Shown in pieces: positions 1 through 8,880 of a stretch of DNA of 64,000 bases (positions are counted from its first letter, which is position 1; the number at the start of each line of letters is the position of its first letter). A model generated the notes under the pieces. The model was not told the DNA's origin. It ran no database searches and saw only the letters and a list, made by a program, of their open reading frames with translations. A program made the position numbers and the translations under genes. Source of the stretch: Candidatus Peribacteria bacterium RIFCSPHIGHO2_01_FULL_51_35 (GTDB lineage: Bacteria > Patescibacteriota > Gracilibacteria > Peribacterales > Peribacteraceae); NCBI GenBank assembly GCA_001787535.1, contig MFXP01000015.1, positions 22,549 to 86,548 on the forward strand. Direction: 5' to 3'.

Positions 1-1
1 C

Positions 2-406
2 ATTCCGGAACTATTGATTGATAATTTACTCATGACAAAAAATTTGCATTGCGCAAAAATTTTTGGTTTTTGTATTTTGCCCGATCACCTGCATCTTCTC
101 TTGGAACCGGGAGAAAGTGGCCTGAGCATGTTTATGCATTCTTTTAAGAGAAACACGATGCGTGATATTCGTTCCCTTTACCGTAGCGGAAGATCGCCAT
201 CTTCCGCTACGGAGTGCGATGCCATTGCCTGGCAAAAAAGTTTTTATGAAGAACGCATTCGTGATTCTGCACAACGGTCACATGCACTCTCGTACATACG
301 AACCAATCCAGTTCATCATGACCTCTGCGCTTCGATTGAAGATTGGCCTTGGCTATCCGATCATTTTCCTCGTCTCCTAGATCCTATGGAAATCTGGTTT
401 TCGTAA
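2..406 (+). CDS. REP-associated tyrosine transposase (RAYT, Y1 HUH), 5' truncated by window edge
   Basis: ILPDHLHLLL (HUH), WQKSFYEERIRD and YIRTNPV motifs; frame open to the window start. Confidence 0.85.
   Translation: MPELLIDNLLMTKNLHCAKIFGFCILPDHLHLLLEPGESGLSMFMHSFKRNTMRDIRSLYRSGRSPSSATECDAIAWQKSFYEERIRDSAQRSHALSYIRTNPVHHDLCASIEDWPWLSDHFPRLLDPMEIWFS
181..212. repeat. GTAG-type REP palindrome inside the RAYT gene
   Basis: CCGTAGCGGAAGAT-CGCC-ATCTTCCGCTACGG, perfect 14-bp stem. Confidence 0.85.
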
Positions 407-418
407 GCGATGCGCGTA

Positions 419-443
419 CAGCGGAAGATACGATCTTCCGCTG
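419..443. repeat. Second REP copy downstream of RAYT
   Basis: CAGCGGAAGAT-ACG-ATCTTCCGCTG, same stem as 181-212. Confidence 0.8.
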
Positions 444-516
444 CGGTATGGCCTTTCTGGCATAAAATACGCTCACTTCTTGACTTGTATTCTGCGTTCC
501 TTAAGATCTGCTTCCT

Positions 517-1044
517 ATGTCAACCACCCCATCACAAGAAAACACGCCACGCGGCGAAGCAGAAACTCTCGTGTCCACAGAACACTTCGAGCATCTTCTT
601 GATCTCGGAACCATACAGGACAAAGTGAAAGAGATTTTTGAAAAGATGGAACTGCCCAAAAAGGCGATGCTGTTTCTCTTCGACTGTCATCAGGAACTTG
701 GAAAATTTTGGAGCAAGTTCTCTGACTTTCTTTCCTCCTTGGGCGAAGGGGATGCCAAGCCGAATCCGGCGAAGATCAAAGAATTGCGTGCGGATTTTGC
801 ACATGTTCAGACTCTTCTTGCAAAAGCACAGGGAGTGGATGGGCTAACTGCAGCAGTCTCCTCGAAGCTTTCAAGCCTGAATCTAAACGTGATACAGTTT
901 TCCGACAAATTCGACGGTCTCCTCACTTCTCTACAAACGGAAACAATCACTCATGAAAGAGCAGACGAACTGAGGCAGAGTGTAAGAGGTTTCACATTCG
1001 TCAGCTTGTCTGACGATGAGCCAACGGAAACGGGAAAGCAGTAA
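517..1044 (+). CDS. Hypothetical helical protein
   Basis: 175-aa ORF filling the gap between RAYT and pyrF. Confidence 0.65.
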   Translation: MSTTPSQENTPRGEAETLVSTEHFEHLLDLGTIQDKVKEIFEKMELPKKAMLFLFDCHQELGKFWSKFSDFLSSLGEGDAKPNPAKIKELRADFAHVQTLLAKAQGVDGLTAAVSSKLSSLNLNVIQFSDKFDGLLTSLQTETITHERADELRQSVRGFTFVSLSDDEPTETGKQ

Positions 1045-1089
1045 AACTGTCACTGGATCTCGCGGTAGCCCTCCAGTAAGGTACTTTCG

Positions 1090-1929
1090 ATGCACTTTGC
1101 AGACGCCCTCACAGAAGCCACAAAGAAGAAATCCCCGGTGTGCGTTGGGTTGGACCCCAAAGTCGATGCTCTTCCGGAAGGAATCAAGAAAGATGCCTCC
1201 GGAGTACTCACATTTAATAAAGGAATCATCGATGCCGTGAAGGACACCGCATGCTGTGTGAAACCGCAGTTGGCATATTACGAATTGCTCGGCTGGGAAG
1301 GCATGAAAGTATTTTTCGAGACGTGCGAATACGCAAAAAAGCAGGGACTCCTGGTGATCGCCGACGGCAAACGCAATGACATCGGCAGCACGTGCGAAGC
1401 GTATGCGGATGCATACTTGGGAAAAGACAGCACCATCGATGCGCTGACAGTAAACCCTTATCTCGGCTCCGACGGAGTGAAGCCGTTCATGGAACGCTGC
1501 AAGAAGAATGACAAAGGCATCTTCATTTTGGTGAAGACAAGCAACGCGAGCTCGGGAGAACTGCAGGATCTGCCGGTGGGGGATGAAGTGGTGCACGAAC
1601 AACTGGCACAACTCGTGGAAAGCTGGGCAACGGAACTTCTTGGAAAGAGTAATTTTTCCAGCATCGGCGCGGTGGTCGGTGCAACGTATCCGGAAGAGAT
1701 GAAATACCTGCGCACGCTGATGCCACACGTGCCGTTCTTGATCCCCGGCTATGGCGCGCAGGGCGGAACGGCGGCGGATGTGAAACACGGGTTCATCCCG
1801 GACGGCACGGGAGCGATCGTGAATGCATCGCGCTCCATCATCAATGCGAGTAAGGGAAAAGACTGGAAAGAAGCGGCGGCGAAAGCTGCAAGTGAAATGG
1901 CAGAGGAAATAAAATTAGCCCTGAAGTAA
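1090..1929 (+). CDS. pyrF: Orotidine-5'-phosphate decarboxylase
   Basis: VCVGLDP, DGKRNDIGST, LIPGYGAQGG, IVNASRS motifs. Confidence 0.97.
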   Translation: MHFADALTEATKKKSPVCVGLDPKVDALPEGIKKDASGVLTFNKGIIDAVKDTACCVKPQLAYYELLGWEGMKVFFETCEYAKKQGLLVIADGKRNDIGSTCEAYADAYLGKDSTIDALTVNPYLGSDGVKPFMERCKKNDKGIFILVKTSNASSGELQDLPVGDEVVHEQLAQLVESWATELLGKSNFSSIGAVVGATYPEEMKYLRTLMPHVPFLIPGYGAQGGTAADVKHGFIPDGTGAIVNASRSIINASKGKDWKEAAAKAASEMAEEIKLALK

Positions 1930-1930
1930 T

Positions 1931-2030
1931 GTTTGCTGGTTTGCTCGTCCGCCTTCGGCGGACTTGTTAGCTGGTTTGCTGGTTCAGTCGCTTTGAACGA
2001 GCAAACAAGCAAACTAGCTAACCAGCAAAC
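1931..2030. repeat. Inverted octamer array (GTTTGCTG)n..(CAGCAAAC)n with nested GTCCGCC-TTC-GGCGGAC palindrome, copy 1
   Basis: Near-identical to 8758-8846. Confidence 0.9.
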
Positions 2031-2037
2031 AACCGTT

Positions 2038-3681
2038 CTATTCCCACCTCGTTCCCCTCGCCACCGGCTGTCCCAGCTCCACCCAATTGAAGTTGCCCGT
2101 GCCATCCGTCCAGCGAACGGCCCCGTTGGCACTGATGCTGCCGGGTTGATTAAGGGAAATTTGGAGGAATGGATTCTGCGTGCCATTCGTGAGCGAGACG
2201 TCTGCGAAGAGTCTAAGTGTCCGCGATGATCCGCTGCCGATGGCGCCAAGTTCCTCGGGAATATTCGTACAGCTCACGGTATTGCTGCTCATGCTGCATG
2301 CAACGCGCGTGGTGGTGTCCGTTGCCCCCAGTTCCCACCCCGTCGTCTGCACACCCGTCGGTTTGGTGACCTCGAATTCCAACTCCGTGATCTCCAAATC
2401 CGCCTGCGGAATTATTTCTCCACGAAACGCAAAGCCTGCCACCAATTGATCATTGCCCAGCGGGAGAGCATCTTGTTCCTTGAGAGCATTCGTCACTTCC
2501 GTGATCTTTGCCTGAGCCGTTTGATGCTGCGGATACGGAATGTCAGCTGGCAAGGACTGATACGTTTCCTGCGTAAAACCTCCTTCGACCGTCAGAGAAA
2601 AGCTGTCCACCTGAATCATCTCTTCGGACACGCCGCCCGCATTTCTGCCTTTCAGGAGCACCTCGATGCCGAGCACGTTCTCCGTATCCTTGTCCATGAA
2701 ATACGCTCCTTCCGTCGCGAAGCTCGCTTTCCAGGTGAGATCATCCGCATCAAAAACATCAGGTGTCAGGCGACCGATTTCTTTGCCCTGCGCATCGATC
2801 AAAAACATGCTCTCGATGGATTCATATTCTTCCTCCATCACAACAGTGACCCCGCGAATGTACATCGGCTCGCGTGAGGCGAAGAACGATGCGCTTGCGA
2901 TGGGTTCGGAGCGCTCGCCGAGAATGAGGAACCTGCTCTTGGCGGGGAAAGCGGGGAGTGCACCAACGGTGGAAGAAACTGATGATGCAGAAGAGACGGA
3001 GGATCGGGAAGAAGAACGTAAAGACGAGGAACGGCCGGAACTCATGGAACCGGAAAATCCGCTGCGTTCGATGGCTCGATACTCGTCCAATTCTCCTTCC
3101 ATAAACGCTCTGTACGCCGCTGCCAAGCGCGCCATTTGTCCTCGTGTGAGTTGCATATCCATGCGCCCCTCGAGTCCGGGCAAACCGACTCCCGCTGCGT
3201 AGGCACCTTCCCGATACTGCACATACCATTCGTTGCCATCAGGAACCTCTGCAGTGACGGTGTTCAGGATGCCAAGTATTTTGAGTGCTTCGGCATAGTT
3301 CACAAGGCGCTCGGGGTGAAACAATCCGTCGGGATATCCCGAAATCACGCCACGCTTCTTCGCAAGGCACACATACCGCGAAAACCACGCATCACGCGGA
3401 ACATCGGGGAAACATGTATCTGCATCACCGGCAATGACCATGATGTCTGAGCGCGAGAGCAGTGCTATCTTCAAAAACTCTGCGCGATTGATTGTCCTTT
3501 CCGGATGAAAAAAACCATCCGGGTATCCTTGAATAACTTCAAGATTCGTAAGCACGCTTATACCTGCAGCTTCCGGCCGCAGAAATGGCGCATCAAAATA
3601 ATCCTCACTGCGATCGGAATAATCCAATGCAAACGCCGCGAAGGGAATAAGAAGAGCCAGGGAGAGAAGAATGCGTCGCAT
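2038..3681 (-). CDS. Secreted S-layer homology (SLH) domain protein
   Basis: Signal peptide; GYPDGFFHPERTINRAEF and GYPDGLFHPERLVNYAEA SLH repeats; Ser-rich linker. Confidence 0.9.
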   Translation of the reverse strand: MRRILLSLALLIPFAAFALDYSDRSEDYFDAPFLRPEAAGISVLTNLEVIQGYPDGFFHPERTINRAEFLKIALLSRSDIMVIAGDADTCFPDVPRDAWFSRYVCLAKKRGVISGYPDGLFHPERLVNYAEALKILGILNTVTAEVPDGNEWYVQYREGAYAAGVGLPGLEGRMDMQLTRGQMARLAAAYRAFMEGELDEYRAIERSGFSGSMSSGRSSSLRSSSRSSVSSASSVSSTVGALPAFPAKSRFLILGERSEPIASASFFASREPMYIRGVTVVMEEEYESIESMFLIDAQGKEIGRLTPDVFDADDLTWKASFATEGAYFMDKDTENVLGIEVLLKGRNAGGVSEEMIQVDSFSLTVEGGFTQETYQSLPADIPYPQHQTAQAKITEVTNALKEQDALPLGNDQLVAGFAFRGEIIPQADLEITELEFEVTKPTGVQTTGWELGATDTTTRVACSMSSNTVSCTNIPEELGAIGSGSSRTLRLFADVSLTNGTQNPFLQISLNQPGSISANGAVRWTDGTGNFNWVELGQPVARGTRWE

Positions 3682-3806
3682 AAACCTTGGAGTGAAATAA
3701 TGAATTGCAATAATTATACAGGAGAGTGCTTCCTCCTAATAAAAAACCCGACTTTACGACGAATAATGACGGAAGATCTTACAAATGCGGGTGTGATGTT
3801 GAATGT

Positions 3807-4415
3807 CTAACGCAGGAACGAGGAAACTTTCGGCAAAAACTTCCCCGTGCGCTTTGCATACTCTGCGTATTTATTTCCGTACGCATTCAGCAATGCGCGC
3901 TCTTCTATCGGAGTTCTCACAAACATCACAATTAAAATCATCAGCAAGAAACCCCCGCCCAGGAGCCAGTTCGCTGTCAGCAAGAAGATGCCTGTCCCCA
4001 ATAATAAAAACGAGAGATACATGGGATGTCGTACATACAAATACGGTCCCGTTGTAATGACATTTCCTCCCGGACGGATTTGAACTGTTCCGGTGAAGTT
4101 TCGGGAAAGATATTTCTGCACCCAAATAAGCATAATGATCCCCAAGACACTCAGGGCAAAACCACTCCAACGAACCTCCGGCACGAGCGCCAGTTGCGAC
4201 CATGTGAGCAACGGTGGCCATATGGCATATGCCAAAAATGCCAGTATCAATGGAAGACCAAGCAAAACTCGAAGATGACGAAACGATCCCTCCCCTTTGG
4301 TATTTTGTTTCACGCCCGATGCCGCGTCTGCATATCCACTGAAGTACATACGGATTGCGACAACCGCCATGAGCAAAAGCAGTGATGCTGTGTGAAATGG
4401 ATACTCAGCTTCCAT
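3807..4415 (-). CDS. Isoprenylcysteine carboxyl methyltransferase (ICMT/PEMT) family membrane protein
   Basis: ITTGPYLYVRHPMY, EERALLNAYG..Y motifs. Confidence 0.9.
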   Translation of the reverse strand: MEAEYPFHTASLLLLMAVVAIRMYFSGYADAASGVKQNTKGEGSFRHLRVLLGLPLILAFLAYAIWPPLLTWSQLALVPEVRWSGFALSVLGIIMLIWVQKYLSRNFTGTVQIRPGGNVITTGPYLYVRHPMYLSFLLLGTGIFLLTANWLLGGGFLLMILIVMFVRTPIEERALLNAYGNKYAEYAKRTGKFLPKVSSFLR

Positions 4416-4439
4416 GTTTTTATTCTAGCATGGTGATCA

Positions 4440-4709
4440 TCACTGCGATTGAGGTATCGCCTTAAGAGTTTCGCGCAACATGTGTTTCAAAGCCCCCTTC
4501 CCTTGTGTAGTCTTTAGATATTTTTCACGTCGAAGTGCGTCATCTTGAGAAATATATGCTTCAGCAAAGATGAGCTTCCATGGCCTCTTGGCTTTCGTTG
4601 AAGTGACACTGCCTTTGTTATGAGTTTCAAGTCGCTGTTTCAAGTCAGTTGTATAACCAACATAGAGCTGGTCATTTTGCTGACTTCGAAGAACATACAC
4701 TGTAAACAT
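4440..4709 (-). CDS. GIY-YIG nuclease family protein
   Basis: VYVLRS..LYVGYTTDLKQRL..HN..A.RREKYLK. Confidence 0.92.
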   Translation of the reverse strand: MFTVYVLRSQQNDQLYVGYTTDLKQRLETHNKGSVTSTKAKRPWKLIFAEAYISQDDALRREKYLKTTQGKGALKHMLRETLKAIPQSQ

Positions 4710-4756
4710 GGTCTTGCAATTATAGTCTCGTAACATGCATCCGCAACATACGGAAC

Positions 4757-4870
4757 AAGCCCCGTAGTGTGCGCTTCGCGCAACTACAGGGCACGAAGCA
4801 TGCGCTGTGCCCCATTATCATTTCATAATTTCGTGGCCTGCCATGAAGTTGCGCCGCAGCGCATACTTCG
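4757..4870. repeat. REP-like hairpins between tRNA-Arg and GIY-YIG gene
   Basis: GCCCCGTAG-TGTGCGCTTCGCGCAA-CTACAGGGC and GCCTGCCATGAAG-TTGCGCCGCAGCGCATA-CTTCG. Confidence 0.6.
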
Positions 4871-4945
4871 TGGTGGTCCCGGCGGGAATCGAACCTGCAT
4901 TTACCCCTTAGGAGAGGGTCGTTCTATCCATTGAACTACAGGACC
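4871..4945 (-). tRNA. tRNA-Arg(CCT)
   Basis: Cloverleaf GGTCCTG..CGGGACC-ACCA, anticodon loop CT-CCT-AA, TTCGATT T-loop. Confidence 0.95.
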
Positions 4946-5000
4946 ATGAAAAAAGCTTACAGCGGATCGTGCATCCCTTAAAGCTCCCTTGGCACAAAAT

Positions 5001-5546
5001 TTACGCCGCCATCACCACGATCTCTCTGCCCTCCGCCGGCAGTGATCCTTTCAGTTTGTATTCCGAAACGCGCTCTTTTCCCTGCGCACCGCAAGCACGG
5101 AGCACTTCGCTTTCCAATTTTTCATTCTCATCCGGCACGAGGATGAGAACGCGCGGATCAAATTCATCGACTAACTTTTGAACCAACTTTACATCACCCT
5201 GCGGAAGCACGAGGAGGTCGATCTCGCCCACGGTCTCCAATTGATGATCCGTCCAATCTTGGAGAGGGCCGGAGAGGAAGGCGCAGTGCACGCCATCCAC
5301 CTCGGCAACAAAAGAGACTTGTTGCCCTTCTCGTTGCCCGATTCCTTTCAAAGAGACATCGGCAATGTTGTATTCGCCCGGCCAGGAAATGGTGCCTTTG
5401 GATGGCTCCTCTTCCGGAGCAGAGAGCAAGGCAACGGCATCTTTCCATGCAGACTTTTCCGTCTTTTTTCCCGGAAAAATGACGAGTGGTTTTCCACCAC
5501 CTGTGCACTTGAGTGTGGAGCCGCCGAGAGAAGAAAACGTAAGCAA
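5001..5546 (-). CDS. Metallo-beta-lactamase-fold-like protein (CPR type), metal ligands apparently lost
   Basis: WPGEYNIADVSLKGI, GEIDLLVLP, FDPRVLIL motifs; no HxHxDH. Confidence 0.6.
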   Translation of the reverse strand: MLTFSSLGGSTLKCTGGGKPLVIFPGKKTEKSAWKDAVALLSAPEEEPSKGTISWPGEYNIADVSLKGIGQREGQQVSFVAEVDGVHCAFLSGPLQDWTDHQLETVGEIDLLVLPQGDVKLVQKLVDEFDPRVLILVPDENEKLESEVLRACGAQGKERVSEYKLKGSLPAEGREIVVMAA

Positions 5547-5580
5547 GCCGAAGCAGCATACTCAATAATTGAGATTAAGA

Positions 5581-5680
5581 AAAGCATAGAAAAGACGCAA
5601 AGGAAACAGAGGAAACAAAAGAATCTCCAGGATCGCTTGCGTCCTCTGAGTCCTTTGCTTCATTTGTTTCCTCTGTTTCC
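5581..5680. repeat. Inverted nonamer array (GGAAACAGA)n abutting the murA stop
   Basis: Perfect 18-bp IR 5602-5619 / 5663-5680 plus degenerate units. Confidence 0.8.
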
Positions 5681-6946
5681 CTATTTTTCAATTCTCTCAA
5701 TTTGAGCACCCAATCCCCGGAGCTTCTCATCCAGCTTGTCGTAGCCCCGTTCTATGTAGTGGACGTCCGTGATGGTGGATTCGCCTGTGGCGCAGAGCCC
5801 TGCCAGCACCATGGCTGCACCGGCGCGGATATCGTTGCTGGCAACCGTGCGGCCACGGAGTGGCGTCGGACCGATGATGAGTGCTTGGTGTGCATTGAGG
5901 ACTTCTATATGTGCGCCCATCTTCTCCAGTTCGTAGAGGTACGCCATGCGCCCCTCAAATAAACATTCGAAGATGCGGCTCACGCCCTTGGCTTGCGTCA
6001 TCAGAACCCCAAGCGGCGGGAGGAGGTCTGTCGGGAAACCCGGGTAGATGTTCGTCTGCACTTTCGTGGAAACCAAGGACGAGAGTTCTCCGTCCACAAA
6101 GAGGACATTTTCCGCGGCATCATATTTCCAAATGCCTCCCATGCGGGCAACGACATCCAGAAAGAGGAGAAGATGCTCGGGATCCGTGCCATGGAGACGC
6201 ACTTTTCCTCCGGTGACGAGCGCGGCGAGGACAAAGACGCCCGCTTCCAGGTAATCCGGGACAACAGTCTCCGTTGCGCAGGCCAGATCTTTTTTTCCGC
6301 GAATCTTCACCGTGTGCGTGCCGACGCCATCCACCTCCGCACCCATGTGCTGCACCATCCGCTCCACTGCCTGCACGTGCGGCTCTGCCGCGGCGATGGA
6401 AACGGTTGTTTCGCCGGGGAGCAATGCGGCAGCCAGCACGACGTTCTCGGTCGCCGTCACGGAAAATTCCGACAGGACGACGTGCGCGGGCTTCAGCGAT
6501 CCTTGTAAATGTACGACCTCCTCTGTGCTCATGTTTTTGGCTCCCAATTGTTCCAGTGCGGAGATGTGCGCACCCACGGGACGTTTGCCCAGCACGCATC
6601 CTCCGGGGTACGACATTTCTGCCACGCCGAAGCGTGCGAGCAGCGGTCCCAGCAGCACGATGGAGCCGCGCAATTTGGAAACGTACTCCGAAGGGATGGG
6701 TTTGCTTGTGAGCTTGTGCGTGCGAATGCGAACGGTGCCTTCCTGGAAGGATGTCTCCGCCCCCAAAAATTCCAGGATATCCAGAAGCGTCCGGATGTCG
6801 CGCAGGTGCGGCACATTGTGCAAGACCGTTTCACCGGCACAGAGAATGCTCCCTGCGATCAGCGGGAGCGCTGCATTTTTGGAGCCGCTGATTGTCACAT
6901 CCCCGCGAAGCGGCACTCCTCCCCGAATGCGATAGTTGATGTCCAT
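5681..6946 (-). CDS. murA: UDP-N-acetylglucosamine 1-carboxyvinyltransferase
   Basis: SGSKNAALP, PGGCVLGKRPV, PGFPTD, DIRAGAA. Confidence 0.97.
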   Translation of the reverse strand: MDINYRIRGGVPLRGDVTISGSKNAALPLIAGSILCAGETVLHNVPHLRDIRTLLDILEFLGAETSFQEGTVRIRTHKLTSKPIPSEYVSKLRGSIVLLGPLLARFGVAEMSYPGGCVLGKRPVGAHISALEQLGAKNMSTEEVVHLQGSLKPAHVVLSEFSVTATENVVLAAALLPGETTVSIAAAEPHVQAVERMVQHMGAEVDGVGTHTVKIRGKKDLACATETVVPDYLEAGVFVLAALVTGGKVRLHGTDPEHLLLFLDVVARMGGIWKYDAAENVLFVDGELSSLVSTKVQTNIYPGFPTDLLPPLGVLMTQAKGVSRIFECLFEGRMAYLYELEKMGAHIEVLNAHQALIIGPTPLRGRTVASNDIRAGAAMVLAGLCATGESTITDVHYIERGYDKLDEKLRGLGAQIERIEK

Positions 6947-7004
6947 AAGGACTAGAAGTGTAGCAGAAAGGAAGGTGGAGGGATTGGCTTATAGATGCCA
7001 AATA

Positions 7005-7090
7005 AGCAGAAAGCGCAGAGTAGAAAGCATAGAGCGGACGGGAAAGCGCATCCTTTACTTTCTGCTCTATGCTCTTTGCTTTCTGCTTTT
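7005..7090. repeat. Inverted heptamer array (AGCAGAA)n..(TTCTGCT)n overlapping the lspA stop
   Basis: Left arm matches 63746-63770 at 24/25 nt. Confidence 0.85.
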
Positions 7091-7525
7091 CTCGATTACC
7101 CATTCCAAAAGCAACAATGCCACTCCGATGGTGATGAACGAGTCTGCGACATTGAAGACGGGAAACGTTCCCACTTGAAAAAAATCCGTCACAAATCCGT
7201 CGCGCAGACGATCCAAAATATTTGCGAGTGCACCGCCGAGTATCATCCCGAATCCAACATGTGTGAGAAGCGTCTTCGTGGACCTCACTGCAAAAATTGC
7301 GACGAGAACAAGTGCTGCGAGGATCAAAATTTCTTGGAATCCCGCAGGGAGCTGCAGCCCGAATGCGATGCCGGGATTCAGTGCCGGGTCAAGTCCGATG
7401 AATTGACCGATAATGGCAATACGCTCGACGAGATAGACATCGGCAAGAAGCTTCGCGGCGAAGCTAAGGGCAAAACTGAGTGCGCCGACAAGGAGAAGGA
7501 TTTGCACGAGAAGATGATATACCAC
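7067..7525 (-). CDS. lspA: Lipoprotein signal peptidase II
   Basis: NPGIAFG, GGALANILDR, VTDFF, FPVFNVADS. Confidence 0.95.
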   Translation of the reverse strand: MVYHLLVQILLLVGALSFALSFAAKLLADVYLVERIAIIGQFIGLDPALNPGIAFGLQLPAGFQEILILAALVLVAIFAVRSTKTLLTHVGFGMILGGALANILDRLRDGFVTDFFQVGTFPVFNVADSFITIGVALLLLEWVIEKSRKQRA

Positions 7526-7558
7526 TCCGCGATCGCACGTTATACTCCCTGCCCGAAC

Positions 7559-8749
7559 ATGTTCCGCCGCATCGATTTTCTGCTCCTCGGCATCACGATA
7601 GTGTTGACATTCTTCGGCCTCGCGATGATCGCGAGCGTCAGCGTGTTCGAAAGCTACCAGATCACGCAGCGTCTGACGGATGAGGGCTTGCGCGCAGCGC
7701 CCACCAATTCCTTTTATCTATGGCGCAGCTTCCTCCACATCGTCGTCGGCATGTCCGCGATGACGGTGATGATCATCCTTCCGTATAAGATGTGGCAGCG
7801 TCTTGCTCGACCGCTGTTTCTCTTAAGCATCGTTCTTTTAATTGCGCTGTTTATTCCCGGCATCAGCGCGGGATACGGCAGCGCAGCCAGTTGGCTGCGC
7901 TTGGGTCCTTTTTCCTTGCAGCCATCGGAGGTTTTAAAGATCACGCTGATTTTTTATCTGGCGGTGTGGCTGCAGAAACGCGAGCAACTGATCGGAACGT
8001 TTAAGGAGGGATTCGTTCCGTTCGTGTCGCTCCTCGTTCTCTCCACACTGCTCGTCGCCATTCAACCGGACTTGGGTTCTTTCTTCGTCATTGCCGGCAT
8101 CGCGTGCGTCATGTTTTTCATTGCGGGAGGAAATCTGTTTCACCTGCTTATGGGCGGAGGCGCGGCGGCGCTCCTTGGCCTCCCGATCATTCTCAATAAA
8201 GAATATGTGCGAGCGCGCTTCATGGCATTCTTGAATCCCACGGACCCGAACATCTCGGAAACCATCGGATTCCAGATCAAGCAGGCGCTCATCGCCATCG
8301 GTTCCGGCGGGTTCTTTGGCGTCGGATACGGAAAATCCATTCAAAAATTCGGCTACCTGCCGGAAGTCCAAGCGGACATGGTCTTCTCCGCGATGGCGGA
8401 GGAGCTTGGTTTCTTTCGGGTCATGCTCGTGCTGCTGATGTACAGCATCCTCGTCATCCGAGGGTACAAGATCGCACAAGAAGCGCCGGATAGGTTCGGA
8501 TTCATGGTGGCAACGGGCATCACGACCTGGATAGCCTTTCAAACCATTGTGAACCTCGCAGTGAATCTTTCGCTCTTCCCACTCACAGGACTCACGTTGC
8601 CCTTCATCAGCTACGGAGGATCTTCGCTCGTGTCTATTTTGATCGGCGTCGGGGTGCTTCTGAATATTTCCATGCACTCGACGGAGGAAGCCAGCATGGC
8701 AAGAAGGGCGAGGAAGACGAAGGTGGGGATTAGAAAATTATTCGCCTGA
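7559..8749 (+). CDS. ftsW: FtsW/RodA SEDS peptidoglycan glycosyltransferase
   Basis: QPSEVLK, QPDLG, LPEVQADMVFS, GLTLPFISYGGSS; upstream of murG. Confidence 0.93.
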   Translation: MFRRIDFLLLGITIVLTFFGLAMIASVSVFESYQITQRLTDEGLRAAPTNSFYLWRSFLHIVVGMSAMTVMIILPYKMWQRLARPLFLLSIVLLIALFIPGISAGYGSAASWLRLGPFSLQPSEVLKITLIFYLAVWLQKREQLIGTFKEGFVPFVSLLVLSTLLVAIQPDLGSFFVIAGIACVMFFIAGGNLFHLLMGGGAAALLGLPIILNKEYVRARFMAFLNPTDPNISETIGFQIKQALIAIGSGGFFGVGYGKSIQKFGYLPEVQADMVFSAMAEELGFFRVMLVLLMYSILVIRGYKIAQEAPDRFGFMVATGITTWIAFQTIVNLAVNLSLFPLTGLTLPFISYGGSSLVSILIGVGVLLNISMHSTEEASMARRARKTKVGIRKLFA

Positions 8750-8757
8750 TTTGTAAG

Positions 8758-8846
8758 GTTTGCTGGTTTGCTCGTCCGCCTTTGGCGGACTTGTTAGCTG
8801 GTTTGCTGGTTAACGAGCAAACAAGCAAACTAGCTAACCAGCAAAC
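8758..8846. repeat. Inverted octamer array, copy 2
   Basis: Differs from 1931-2030 by one loop base and by lacking an 11-nt central spacer. Confidence 0.9.
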
Positions 8847-8880
8847 AAAATCGTAGGGCAAGAACAGGTAGAATACACTC

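Noticed and set aside
6995..7558. Long N-terminal extension of FtsW in the ORF track
   Set aside because: It is antisense to lspA and the repeat; homology begins at 7559.
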